The notes: generated by a model from the sequence alone, not told the origin. Positions 45,952 through 60,270 are shown, numbered from the stretch's first letter. The stretch is DNA of 64,000 nt from Octopus vulgaris (GCA_951406725.2 OX597840.1:21080001-21144000); one strand, 5' to 3'. Made by a program: numbers and translations.

Positions 45952-46544
45952 AACAACCACAGATAACATTCTCAATTTTTTATCATTAGATAAAGTTTGA
46001 TTCTGTAATTTAAATGAGTGGCCAGAATACACTTTACTTCCTTAGTATTATCAGCTTGTGGTTGCTATAGAAAGGGCTTTGTCATGAAGTTATTATAAAT
46101 AAAGAGCTCCTAATCTGTGCGTGTGTGTGTGTGTGTGTGTGTGCTTGTGTATGTATAAATGTAAGAGACAGAAAATATCCAGACGATGAATACTCATGTG
46201 TAAATATAAAGATATTTATATATAAAGAGAGAAAACTTAGACAGATAACAATGGCACAGAAAATTAGTAGGAGATTGTATAGTGTTACAGGCCTGACAGC
46301 TGTTTCTAGGGAGTTGGAATCACACCTCACTTTTCGTAGATGTTGTTCACAAAAAAATCAAGAATATAGAACCAGTAATGGAAGCATACAAACAACAGGT
46401 TGATCTGGTTTCTACCTCCAGAATGGAGATTTAGGTAGCTAACCTAGTTTAAAAGCATTTAATGTTGATCTAAAAATAGTTGCAGATCAACGTGGGGAAT
46501 TTGGGCTGCTATTTATAGTAAGTCAAATGAATGCTTAAAGCCAT

Positions 46545-46960
46545 TTTTGTTTGCACAAACATTGTATGCATATATATTAACCACCGCCCTAACAATCACC
46601 TTGAGCACCTTTTTGAATTCCATGACTCTAACATACACGGGCAGGTCTACAAAGCCAGAAAACAGCACAGCTCCCATGACTTTCGGAAACAATTTTTCGC
46701 ACATGGAATTGGTGAAGCATTGAACAATCTACCTGCATCAGTTGTTAGTTGCCGAGACATTGCATCTTTTAAAACCACCGTGCTCCCTGAAATTCACCAA
46801 CACTACACCTGATATCCCCTGCTCCATATGCATGCACACATGTATATCACGACACAGTTCACTTTCCTGATATTTGTACATAATTCTATGCACTAAACAT
46901 GCATCTCTGATAAGTTGTAGTACACCTGAGCACTATACACAATCATTTCATTATCATTAT
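46545..46960 (+). mobile_element. CR1-group LINE 3' end
   Basis: HGQVYKARKQH..DFRKQFF..LNNLPASVV..SFK C-terminal signature plus 3' UTR. Confidence 0.7.
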
Positions 46961-47571
46961 GTATACAAACTTGTCTGTCCAGGGTAGAGAGATAAGCATA
47001 TAGGTTAGATATATATACGTGACTATCCACAATGGAGAGATAAGTATATAAGTGTGGTTGGCATTAGGAAGAGCATCCAGCTGTAGAAACTTTGCCAGAT
47101 CAGACTGGAGCCTGGTGCAGCCTTCTAGCTCACCAATCCTCAGTGGAACCATCCAACCCATGCCAGCATGGAAAGCAGACGTTAAACGATGACGATGATG
47201 CAAACAAAGGGTCCAAGCCAGGGGTGAGGAAACTCCCGCTCATGGGTACAATTGTGCCCACGAGCCCATTCTGTTGCGTGTGCAGGCTGTTATAGTTGTA
47301 TGTATAAAATATAGTAAATTTTTCAATCATAAAATTTATACAATATTTGTAATCCTATTTGCGACATAGGTCGTGTTTCCACGATGACTTAAAATGGTTA
47401 GACTCGAACAGAAAATCATGAATTTCCCATTTGAATGGAAATTTTGTATTCACTTTAAAACACACATTGCCGTGTTTGTACCACACCCTCCAGACCCAAC
47501 TACACACTAACTGAAAAATCTAGAATACCTCATAAAGAAATATAAACGTCCTAAATTCAGGGGCAGCATTC

Positions 47572-48312
47572 ATCATCGTTTAGCATCCACTTTCCATGCT
47601 AGCATGGGTTGGACGGTTCAACTGGGGTCTGGGAAGCCAGAAGGCTGCACCAGGCCCAGTCTGATCTGGCAATGTTTCTACGGCTGGACGCCCTTCCTAA
47701 CGCCAACCACTCCATAAGTGTAGTGGGTGCCTTTTACGTGCCAGACGAGGCTGGCAAACGGCCACGATTGGATGGTGCTTTTTACGTGCCATCGGCATGG
47801 AGGCCAGGCGAGGGGCTGGCAACGGCCACGGTCGGATGGTTCTCTTACTTGCCACCGGCACTGGTATCACAGCAACAATTTCCATTGATGTTAATCGATT
47901 TTGATTTTCACTTGCCTCAACAGCTCTTCGCAAGTAGAGTTTTGTGTCCCAAGAAGGAAAGGTATGCATAAGTGGACTGGCTACATCCCAGGTAGAGGCC
48001 ACGGGTTATGGTCTCACTTGTCCTGCCGGGTCTTCTCATGCACAACATGCTTCCAAAGGTCTCGGTCTCTAGTCATTTCCTCGGTGAGACCTAAAGTTTG
48101 AAGGTCGTGCTTCACCACCTCATCCCAGGTTTTCATGGGTCTACCTCTTCCACAGGTTCCCTCAACCGCTAGGGTGTGGCACTTTTTCACACAACTATCC
48201 TCATCCATTCTCGCCACATGACCGTACCAGCACAAACGTCTCTCTTGCACACCACAACTGATGCTTCTTAGGTCCAACTCTTCTCTCAAGGTACTCTGTC
48301 GAGTATGAACAC
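47572..48312 (-). mobile_element. RTE-clade LINE 3' end (ORF C-terminus + 3' UTR + (GAT)n tail)
   Basis: RRLCWYGHVARM...GRGRPMKTW...DRDLWK, followed by the same 3' UTR found in many truncated copies in the window. Confidence 0.88.
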
Positions 48313-48904
48313 TATTTCATGTAAATTTAATGTCTAAAACATATCTTTATTAATGTATATCAAATTATACATAGATATATATACAAGATTTACACAGATA
48401 TAAGAGAACTTGTGATCTGCCCGTGGACCTTTTTCTTTGGAAATTTTTGCCCACTGCACTAAAAAGTTTCCCCACACTTGCTCTAAGCGATTGGTTGAAC
48501 TGCTACAAATAGTAGCCTGAACTCCCTGCAACAACACACAATTATCTTTCAATCTTGAAGGTTATCAGTAGTATATACATACACACACACACATACATAC
48601 ATACTTACATACATACATACACACACATACATACATATACACACAGGCATATATATATATATATAAAAACTTACTTGGAGAAGAGAAACGACGCGTGCGT
48701 TCGGTCATATAATAACAATATAATAAATAAATAAAATATATGCATATATACATACATATATGTACATACTTACATCTACATGTATATATACAAGTATATA
48801 TATATATATATGAGTACAGGACACCACATATACACCACCATATATATATATATATATATATATATATGCTTGTATATATACATGTAAATGTAAGTATGTA
48901 CATA

Positions 48905-48966
<62 letters not shown>

Positions 48967-49027
48967 CACACACATGAGACAGAGATGATGTAATATACTT
49001 GTATAGATAAATATATGTGTGTATGTG

Positions 49028-49063
<36 letters not shown>

Positions 49064-50197
49064 TGTAAAGAATGAAAAAGGCAGATAAAAACCACATATG
49101 GTTCATAGCTAAACAATGTCTGTTCCTTAACTTTTAATTTCTAAATCTGTTTCCCTAATTCTCAGGTGTGATTACCTGGAAATGTTTACATGGTTGCCTG
49201 GAGACGAATGAATAAATGACTCACCAATGTAGCCACAGAACAAATGACCAGTTGCAACGTGATCAGGTGACCGACCAGGCTATCAGATGTTGATACACAT
49301 CGCTGGTCACAATGCGCTTTGCATTGTTTTTAGCCTTCAAATGACGCCACCCCGCTGGCTAAGCGAGCAGGCCAACAGAGGAAAGAGTGAGAGAAAGTTG
49401 TGGTGAAAGAGTACAGCAGGGATCGCCACCACCCCCTGCCGGAGCCCCGTGGAGCTTTAGGTGTTTTTGCTCAATAAACACTCACAACGCCCGGTCTGGG
49501 AATCGAAACCGCGATCCTACGACCGCGAGTCGGCTGCCCTAACCACTGGGCCATTGCCAAATGACCAGTGAAATAAATTGTTAGTAAACAAGTAGCCATA
49601 TAAGGAAAAAGGGTGGGTGTGTTTACAGCAGGAAAGGAGGAGGAGGAGGAGGAGAGGTATGAGGAAAGGTGTGGCAGGAAGGTCAAAAGAGAAGGAGAGA
49701 CAGGGCGGGGCCTTTAGCTTGAATACCATTGTTCGGGTTCTTCTTTGTACTATTTGAACTCTGTGTGTCTGTCTGTCTGTATAAATATTCTTTTATGTGT
49801 TTCAGTCATTTGACTGTGGCCATGCTGGAGCACCACCTTTAGTCGAGCAAAATCAACCCCAGAATTTATTCTTTGTAAACCTAGTACTTATTCTCGCGGA
49901 CTTTTTTGCTTTATAGATTTTTTTTTTTTTTATAAATTCGGAATATTCGTAGCCGAAAATGTTGGTTTCTGGAAAAAAAAAAAAAAGAAAGAAAAAAACA
50001 CGACCCCCCCCCCCAAATCCCCCAAACAAAAAAAGATCCGAACGGAAGTGTGGTGACGGTCCGCCTTCAATAATATTATTACGCTTTTTGTTTTAGTAGG
50101 TACTTGTGTTGAGAAGTGCCAACGCAAGAAACTCTCAGACCTTCACTCACTCTGTTACTTCTGCTAAATATTAATAAAAATATACATAAACTCATAT

Positions 50198-50244
<47 letters not shown>

Positions 50245-50367
50245 CAAGGGTAGAAATTGATATTAGTCAATTAAAACCAGTGGTCTAGCATATTAAAAAG
50301 AATCCGAAGATTAAAATATTTATATATACCAATACATACATACATGCATGCATACCAGTCCTTAATT

Positions 50368-50396
<29 letters not shown>

Positions 50397-50401
<5 letters not shown>

Positions 50402-50614
50402 GTTGTCCGGAAAGTTCTTGCCGATTTATAGTAGCTTACCTTTCGACTTACCCTCCCAGAAACCTCAATTCTGGGAAGAGGGTATTTTCAAGTGAAAGGA
50501 AAGATTGTGCTACAAAATGGTTTATATTTTGGTTGATTAAAAATGCAATGGCAAGTATTTATTGACCTTTTTCTTTCTTTTAAAAATTGGCACGAACTTT
50601 CCGGACAACCCAAT
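50397..50614. mobile_element. Mariner-type MITE
   Basis: TIR ATTGGGTTGTCCGGAAAGTTC / GAACTTTCCGGACAACCCAAT inside TA context. Confidence 0.8.
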
Positions 50615-51080
50615 ATATATAGATATATATATATATATTATAGATATAGGGTAAAACATTATTAATTTATAATTAATAAATTTCACCAAGTAGTTTCGGT
50701 ATGGAAAGGAATCATATTCGGTAAAAACTTATACAAGAAGTTTTATATATAATTATAACAATAATTAAGGGTTTAGCAACAAGTTGCTTGACCACATACC
50801 GAAAAATTTAGAAATAGCAGCCAAAAGACCCTTATTTCTTTTCGCTACAAAATATGATTCCACAGACAACCCTCTCTGTAACTCAAACAGGCAAAAAAGA
50901 AAAAAGAAGGAAAATAATGAAATCAAAGTCTTTTTCCTTCTTTTTTGGCCTGAGTTCCAGAGAGGGTTGTCTGTGGAATCCTATTTTGTAGCGAAAAGAA
51001 ATAACGGTCTTTTGGCTGCTATTTCTAGATTTTTCGTTATGTGGTCAAGCAACTTGTTGCTAAACCCTTAATTATTGTCA

Positions 51081-51145
<65 letters not shown>

Positions 51146-51429
51146 AAATATAAGGGAATAAATCCAAACTTACAGGGAAAAATCAGATTTAGGATTGAAT
51201 CCAATTTTATAGTAAAATATTATATTATATTAAATTAGAGATAAAACCACTATTAGGCAAATCATACAATGAAAAACATGAAACGATCGCAGTGTTTTAC
51301 TCATTATCTTTTATTAGATTTTTAATAATTTTGATATATATTTAAAATAATATAAATTAGTTAATTTTATGTATTGGCTTAAGTTTTTCATTGTTTGATT
51401 TGCCTAATAGTGGTTTTGTCTCTAATTTA

Positions 51430-51463
<34 letters not shown>

Positions 51464-52037
51464 CGCACGCACATACGTGTGTGTCACCCTAGGCCGGAAA
51501 CCTATCTGGGTCACACATTATCTTAATATGTTGCTGCGTGAGTGACGTATAAATTCCTAGAAAAGAGTTATTGTTGTTTAATGTTATTAAATCGTTCTTT
51601 TCGCCTTTTGATTATTATTTTTTCTTCTTCTTCTAAGGCGATGGTGACATACTTTAAACTATATTTACTTTGCTATCCCTAGCAAGGCCTATCGGGCCCC
51701 ATTTGGGGCTTCCTTTCGTTGGGTCCAGAAGATGATAGTTATAAAAGTTCAAAAATATATTGTGAAATAATTATTACGTTTTAGTTTATTTATTTGGGTC
51801 AGATCTAGCATGTCCGTCTTCACAGCTCTTAACTTGCCGTCATGGTGTGAGCTGGAGGAGTCGTTAAGCACGTCGAACAATAACGCTGAACGCCTCAGGT
51901 TCGCCTTTCATCCTTTTCGGGGTCGATAAAATAAGTAAGAGTTGAAACACTGGCGGGTGGGGTCGATGTAATCGACTTAACCTCCCCCCCCCGAAATTAC
52001 TGGCCCTGGCCGAAAATTTGAAGCTAATATTATACCA

Positions 52038-52091
<54 letters not shown>

Positions 52092-52131
52092 GTATATATA
52101 TATATGTATATATATATATGTATATATATAC

Positions 52132-52170
<39 letters not shown>

Positions 52171-52221
52171 TAAATATATATATGTATATATATATAATAT
52201 ACATATATAAATATATATATG

Positions 52222-52292
<71 letters not shown>

Positions 52293-52355
52293 GTGTATAT
52301 ATATGTGTGTGTGTGTTTATATATATATATATATGTGTGTGTTTATATATATATA

Positions 52356-52411
<56 letters not shown>

Positions 52412-53736
52412 AAAAATTAAAAATGAGGGTGAGGAATTCGATATTAATTTAATTAACGTAGATTTCACACCAGTGGTCTGGCACATAAAAAGAATGAAGG
52501 TTCAGTAAAATTGTATTGTATACATATTAGAGGGAAACCACTATGTGGACACCCTTATGCTAGAAATAGATCCGCTATGGTCTTACCACATACACATCTG
52601 ATACATCATCATCATCATCATTTAATGGCCATTGATCATGGGTTGGACAATTTGACCTGGACTGGCAAGTTGGAAAGCTGTACCAAACTCCAGTCTGATT
52701 CGCCCTTCCTAACACCAACCACTCCAAGAGTGTAGTGGGTGCTTTTACACGCCACTGGTGCAGGTGCCATTTGCATGACACCTGTATCTGACACGACTGT
52801 GATTTTACTTGATGGGTCGCCTTCTCAAGTACAACGTAATAACCAAAGGCCTCAGTCCTTCATCATTGCCTCTGGGAGGACCAACACTTGAAAGGAGTTT
52901 TCCACATGCCACTTGACCTCTGTTGAGGCCCAACACCTCAAAGTTAGCCTTTTATGTGCCAGTCGCATGTCACCAGCCACAACTTGGCGGGTCTTCTCAA
53001 CACACACATATATACATACATAAGTGCACATGGCTCAGTGGTTAGAGCATCAAGCTCACAATTATGGGATAGTGAGTTCAATTCCTGGACCGGGGCTGTG
53101 TGTTGTGTTCTTGAGCAAAAGACTTTATTTCACATTGTTCCAATTCATTCAGCTGTAGAAATGAGTTGCAATGTCACTGGTGCCAAGCTAAATTGGCCCC
53201 TTTGCCTTTCTCTTGGATAACATCAGTGCCATGGAGAAGGGAGGTTGGTATGTATGGGCGACTGCTCGTCTTCCATAAACAACCTTGCCTGGACTTGCAC
53301 ATCGGAGGGTATCTTTCTAGGTGCAATCCCAGAGTCATTCGTGACAGAAGGAGGTCTTTACACTTTCTATACACACACACACACACACACACATAGAATT
53401 TATTATATATGTTTAGAAATAGATATGTTAACAGCTGCATTCGTGTGAGTACCCTAGTTCAATACTGAGGCTTGGCAACTGAGACAAGTTTTGTTCACCA
53501 AATCTTTGGCTTGACCAAAACTTCCTGTATGAAAGTGTGGCGATGAAGACCACAAGGGACATTAAATTAACTCTACCAGTCGTTAAAAGAGCCAATCTGA
53601 GTCTCTTTAAGAAACTTCATTAAAGGAAGAAATGTCTCGGGTATCCTCAGCCACAAACATGCTAAGGTACCAAGCACCTGAATTGAACTCAGAACCATGT
53701 GGATGGCAAACAAACTTACCACACAGCCACAATATA

Positions 53737-53772
<36 letters not shown>

Positions 53773-53842
53773 TGTATGTATGTATGTATGTATGTATGTA
53801 TGTATGTATGTATGTATGTATGTATGTATGTATGTATGTATG

Positions 53843-53874
<32 letters not shown>

Positions 53875-54163
53875 TGTATGTATGTATGTATGTATGTATG
53901 TATGTATGTATGTACGTGTATCCACGGTGTCTGTTAGAGTATAGGACTTCATTCAACCCCTGTTATCAGTCTAGCCTCTTTATATCTTGTCATGAGAGAG
54001 AACGTTGTGTGGATGACCGAAGCCATGCACAAATGCTGAACTATTATCAATAATAGATGTAAAGAAAAACTTTGCCAATCGATTTCAAGTCTGAGAAGGG
54101 AAGTTACAACTTTCACCTGTCACCTCTGCATAGAACCTTGCAGATATTCTGTGGGACTAAATA

Positions 54164-54498
54164 TATTTCTTTACTGCCCACAAGGGGCTAAACACAGAGG
54201 GGACAAACAAGGGCAGACAAAGGGATTAATTCGATTACATCGATCCCCAGTGCGTAACTGGTACTTATTTAATCGACCCTGAAAGGATGAAAGGCAAAGT
54301 CGACCCCGGCGGAATTTGAACTCAGGACATAGACGGCAGACGAAATACCTATTTCTTTACTACCGACGAGGGGCTAAACATAGAGAGGACAAACAAGGGC
54401 AGACAAACGGATTAAGTCGATTACATCGACCCCAGTGCGAAACTGGTACTTAATTTATCGACCCCGAAAGGATGAAAGGCAAAGTCGACCTTGTCGGA
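54164..54498 (-). mobile_element. SINE family C dimer with 18-bp TSD
   Basis: ATTCTGTGGGACTAAATA at 54146-54163 and 54499-54516. Confidence 0.85.
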
Positions 54499-54903
54499 AT
54501 TCTGTGGGACTAAATAGTCATCTGAGAAGTCATGGACGGACAGTCACATATATCATTGACTACAAAGAAGTACAGAGATGGCAATCACGTATGGAGACAG
54601 AGCAATCACCATGTGTGTGTGCGTGTGTGTGACTAACTTGTAACACACATAAAACCTGTTTAGCTGATCTTCAAATCCTGTTGCCTTCAAGTTGTTTACA
54701 TTGTCGATTGGAAACGAGTGAGTGTCTAATAGTCAGTGGACCATCAAACATGTGAAATAGAAGCTATAATGGTTAGAGCAGTAATTTATTTACATGCAGT
54801 TAAATATATGTCAAGTTATTGTAGAGTGACTAAGTGTCGCATCCATAAATTGCTTAGCATTATAGATCACGTCAGACTGTAATAGGCATATATACACACA
54901 TAC

Positions 54904-54980
<77 letters not shown>

Positions 54981-55056
54981 AATTAAGGACTGATTCTTTT
55001 TAATATGCTAGTCCACTGGTTTTAATTGACTAATATCAATTTCTACCCTTAATTAA

Positions 55057-55117
<61 letters not shown>

Positions 55118-55205
55118 CATACATATATTTATATGCACATAGACATACATAGTGTCTGTGACATAGTAGTTGTGCCCAGAAGCTGCACAAATTTAAGGGC
55201 CCAAT

Positions 55206-55293
<88 letters not shown>

Positions 55294-55486
55294 GTGTGTG
55301 TGTGTGTGTGTGTGTTATATATATATATATATATATATATATAGATAAGTTCAGCAAAAATTTAGATTCAAATGAATATGGTACTTAACTTAGATGCACC
55401 AGAATTTTGTATGGTGTTATCCATAAAAATTTGTTGGGGTGATTATAATCAAAATAAGCAACAAGAATTCTTGTTGCTTATTTTGA

Positions 55487-55551
<65 letters not shown>

Positions 55552-55784
55552 CACGAACGTGGCAGTCCATATATATATATATGCACATAAGACATACACA
55601 GAGTTCCGTCTGAAGACATAGACACACTAGGCAGCTGTACCCAGGAGGTGCACAAATTTAGGGGCCCGATCCTGATCAATGTATGCTGTGGCTTTTGGTC
55701 AATAAATAAATATTCTAAGTTCCAGAGAATAGATCTGTCCCGGGGCCTGTGTAGACATCATCTGTGCGTGTGTGTGGACAAACG

Positions 55785-56268
55785 AAAGAAAAGGGCGATC
55801 GAAATATTTAGCAGGAGTTACATGGATTTATTTAATAACCATTTGATGCGGGTTTCTCATCAACCCTCTAAACTGGGGTCTGATCACTTCCTGAAACGGA
55901 CAGGGTACAGTTAAAGGCCTGCGAAACTTTAATTAACATGAATGGACCCGCATTAAAAGTGTATTTTAAGTAATAATATAAATATATATAAAATGTATGT
56001 ATGTATAGTTGGGTGTAATTCTGTGTGAAAGAAAAGGGCAATCGAAATATTTAGCAGGAGTTACATGTATTTATTTAATAACCATTTGATGCGGGTTTCT
56101 CATCAACCCTCTAAACTGGGGTCTGATCACTTCCTGAAACGGACAGGGTACAGTTAAAGGCCTGCGAAACTTTAATTAACATGAATGGACCCGCATTCAA
56201 AAGTGTGTTTTAAGTAATATAAACATATATAAAATGTATGTATGTATAGCTGGGTGTAATTCTGTGCG
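55785..56268 (+). repeat. Near-perfect tandem duplication, ~242-bp unit
   Basis: Two copies differing at a handful of positions. Confidence 0.9.
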
Positions 56269-56464
56269 AATTATTGATGGATTTTGTAAATTCTCGGAAA
56301 GAGGAAGTAGATTTCGCAGTAGACATACGCATATATATATATATAATTATATATATATATATATAAACGTATTAATAAGACAAGCAAAGACGGGTAAAAG
56401 CTCGACAAAGTAATTAAACTACGGCGATCTTTTATAATTGAATGTTTTGCAAATGAAGATGTTT

Positions 56465-56682
56465 ACTTACGGACAAGAGGTCAAGATGATGTTTCGCGCA
56501 CTTCGGACGGTCCTACGTGAGACCATCGAAGTTTAAAAGTTATTCACGTAACAGAGAGGAAAAAGAGATGTGTGACGTCATGAGAGAGCTTAACGCTGAT
56601 TGGTCGAAACAAGAGAACCTGTTTCTTAATTTGATTTTTTTCACAATGTCGTTCTTTGTCAGCCGTTTTGATTGTAAACTGC

Positions 56683-56724
<42 letters not shown>

Positions 56725-56770
56725 TTAAAAAAAAGCGACTGCCACTTCCTGGTGTTACGCATAGGATAAG
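56465..56770 (-). promoter_or_regulatory. Second promoter-like CpG island with candidate first-exon donor
   Basis: Perfect CRE TGACGTCA (56574-56581), CCAAT box (ATTGG ~56599), E2F-like TTTCGCGC (56492-56499), ETS-like ACTTCC, minus-strand donor gtaagt at 56470. Confidence 0.45.
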
Positions 56771-56974
56771 AGTCTTTGGCGTGTTCACTTAAATTGCTGG
56801 AGATAACAGCCAAACGTCCTTTTAAATCACGCCATACCCAATATGTTTAGGCCAATATCTGGTATGGCCCAGAAGCTCTCAAACTTGTGCTTATGTTTGT
56901 GTGTGTGTGTGTGGGGGTGCTTTAACTCAGAGAAACTCAAAGCTTGTAGTTAAAATTCTTTAAATATATTTACA

Positions 56975-57429
56975 ACAAGCAAATATTCTGTTCAATACCA
57001 CAGATTTTCTTGTCTGTTGTTTGACCTTAACCAGTTGAGCATGTCCCTTAGTGGCTGACGATATGTGCATCTCTGAGCACAAGCAGAAGAAGTAGGGGAG
57101 CACCATAGCCATGTATTGAAAGGGATTGTTTGGGGTTTGGATAATTCACCTCTGGAAATATGATTGTTTTGTTCTACATCCTTAAACAACCCTTATTGAA
57201 GGACTCTTTGAGCAGGGTAGGTTACTTAACCAGAAGAAAATTCTAACTGGGCCCCACCTGCAAGGTCATGCACTGTTTATCTTGATATGAAATCACTATG
57301 TCGCGCACATAGGGTTGTGATGCATGTGCCTGGTGTACCCTTATCAGACGGGTAGTCATGATGGGTATACTGGGCTTTCATATATTTTACCCCAGTGTCA
57401 CTTCAATGGCATGCACTGCTCTCTCACTC

Positions 57430-57471
<42 letters not shown>
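56975..57471 (+). mobile_element. Probable LINE 3' UTR ending in (TAA)n
   Basis: Complex non-coding block ending in a long TAA tail; clade (R4/Dong-like) is a guess. Confidence 0.4.
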
Positions 57472-58400
57472 TTGCATTATCCTGAAAAATATCCTAGAAG
57501 AGGTGACTAAAGTACATGGCATGGGTAAGCCCCTAATCAACTTGGATCAATTGAAAGCGTTTGATAGGATCAACCATTGGTATCCGATGGCAGACCTTAG
57601 AGTGACTTATTTTAGGCCCATATTCAGGGGCTGGATCATGGCAATGTACAGCAGCATCTGTTCAGTGGTCAGAGCAAAAGGTCACCTCTCAGAACCAGTC
57701 GATATCCTGCACTCGATCCACCAAAGTTGTCCCCTCTCGTCCGTGTTGAGCCACTGCTGCACAGGCTGGAGATGCTGAGGGGTGTGCCACATGAACCTAT
57801 ATGCAGGGGATATGTGTCGGCATATAATGATGGCATCAGCTTAGAGGTATCGAAAACCGAACACATTGAGATAAACAACACAACTGTAAGGCAAAACAAA
57901 GTGGTTTTAGGGATAAAAATTGACCAGGAAAGAATCAGTGGGTTTGCAGCTCAGCAACGGGAGAAGTGCATGCTATTCAACTGTGATGTTGGGGGCTGGA
58001 CAGTGAAGGCGCATGGCTTAGTGGTTAGGGCATTCGACTGACGATTGTAAGGTCATGAGTTCGATTCCCGGCGATGCGTTGTGTCTTTGAGCAAGACACT
58101 TTATTTCACATTGCTCCAGTCCACTCAGCTGGCAAAAATGAGTTGTACCTGTATTTCAAAGGGCTGGCCTTGTCACACTCTGTGTCACGCTGAATCTCCC
58201 TGAGAACTACGTTAAGGGTACACATGTCTGTGGATTGCTCAGTCACTTACACGTTAATTCCACGAGCAGGCTGTTCCGTTGATTCGGATCAACCGGAACC
58301 CTCGTCGTCGTAACCGACAGAGTGCTCCTTTTTGGGGGCTGGACAGATGAATTGGCTAAATTACTTGGGGTCTGGTTCAGTCTGGACCCTCAGATCAATG
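57472..58400 (+). pseudogene. L1/Tx1-clade RT fragment interrupted by a SINE
   Basis: LDQLKAFDRINH, FRGWI, GHLSEP, HQSCPLS, EPLL, SAYND motifs. Confidence 0.8.
58004..58331 (+). mobile_element. SINE family B variant with 15-bp TSD
   Basis: TTGGGGGCTGGACAG at 57989-58003 and 58332-58346; A and B boxes. Confidence 0.88.
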
Positions 58401-58552
58401 TACTTGTTGTATTCATGCATGTCATAAATACAGAATAATTATCTAATTTTTGTTTCTTCTTTAAATTATGTTATTTACTATCGAGAGGCTCAGGCTCAAC
58501 TTGAGCACTTCGGAGCAGTTCTATAATTTTTTGAAAGAAAAGGCAATATAAT

Positions 58553-58604
<52 letters not shown>

Positions 58605-58811
58605 TAAAAAATGGAGTTAACGCAGGTTTAAACAAGTATTTTGCTGCCCTGGTAACTATTTATTTTTCCGTGTTAATTGTTAACAAGGTAAAATACACTC
58701 ATCTATTTATATATAAATTTGTATTTTCTCCGTAGTCTTTTGTGCTAAGCCACTCGTTGTTAAATTAATGGTATTATTAAATTAATATCGATTTTTCACC
58801 CTCATTTATAA

Positions 58812-58858
<47 letters not shown>

Positions 58859-58873
58859 CATACACATATACAT

Positions 58874-58916
<43 letters not shown>

Positions 58917-59199
58917 CGCAGGAGTGGCTGTGAAGTAAGTAGCTTTATTCTGGGTTCAGTCCCACTGCATGGCAGTGGGACTGAACCCAGAATCAAGTTG
59001 GAAGTGGAGAAAGAAATGCTCTCTGTTATATAGTCTATGGCCAGGAAGCCGGTCAAATCCTCAACAAAGGACTGACCCTTCCATGACCAGCAAACGGTCC
59101 TAGATCAAATGTTTCCCATTAATTTGTAGAGATGCAAACATGAAGGGATTTCAGACTTGCTTAACAAATAACAAGTGAGTGGATTCAGTTTCAAATCTC

Positions 59200-59745
59200 A
59201 GGCAGAGCCAAGCGAGGACCCTACAATGAACCCCTACCTGGTCATTAAATCCTTGCTATACTCGTTGTTGACTTTCACCTTACTGACACCATCTCTGTAC
59301 ATGGCTTGTACGGCTCTCACTCCCACTCATCTAACCCTAGCTTCCACATTGACCACCAGATAAGGGAGCAGGGGTCTCTGGGAAAGGCTTTCTCCATGTT
59401 CACAAACCACCAAGAATAGAGGTTCAGTTTTGGCTAAATGCTTCTCCTGTAGTTGCAGCACTATGAAGATTACATCAAAAGTGCTTTTTCCCGGCAAAAA
59501 ACTAAACTGTATCTTGTCTAACTCTCTTCCCAATTAGCCGAGCTACGACCATTTCTGTAAGTTTCATCATCTGTTTGATGGCAGTTTGGCATCTCTGTAA
59601 TTACTTCTGTCTGAGGCGTCATCTTCGTCTTTGTAGCAGTTGACTCTGATGCTGCTACACAAAGTCATTGGTAATGACTTCCTCGTGGGCAACCTGATTA
59701 ACTAATGCGGGTGACGAGGCTGAATCCCACTCTGCTAGATATTTC
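59200..59745 (-). pseudogene. RTE LINE reverse transcriptase fragment
   Basis: NYR, GKSTFDVIFIVLQLQEKHL, MEKAF, LIWWSMWKLG motifs with frameshifts. Confidence 0.8.
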
Positions 59746-60234
59746 ATGCATAAAAATATAAAACAATTAGGCAGAAAAACAGGAAAATCAAGAAAATGTA
59801 AGTTCACAGGAATTCCTCAAAGACAGATATTTTAATTGTCTTGACTGGGACATTGTCTGTAAACAATTCTTGTTTTCCTGGAATCCGTCTGCTTTTGTTC
59901 AATTTAAGATTTTCCAATTCTGGTCCAGTCTTTATACACATGTGTCTATTATACACATTTTTGATGTATTCTTACCCATTACATACATCCATCCATACAA
60001 ACACACACACATGCACACATACATGCATATATATAGGAAAAAAGCAACAAGAATGGATCAATATATCGGTACAATTGTACCGATATATTGATCCATTCTT
60101 GTTGCTCTTTTCCTATTTGTAATCACCCCACTTTGTCGAATGGTTAACACCATATAGATTTCCGGTGCATCCTAGTTAAGGACCATATTCATGTGAATTC
60201 ATTAGAACTCACTTGAATCTCAATTGCTTAAACC

Positions 60235-60270
<36 letters not shown>

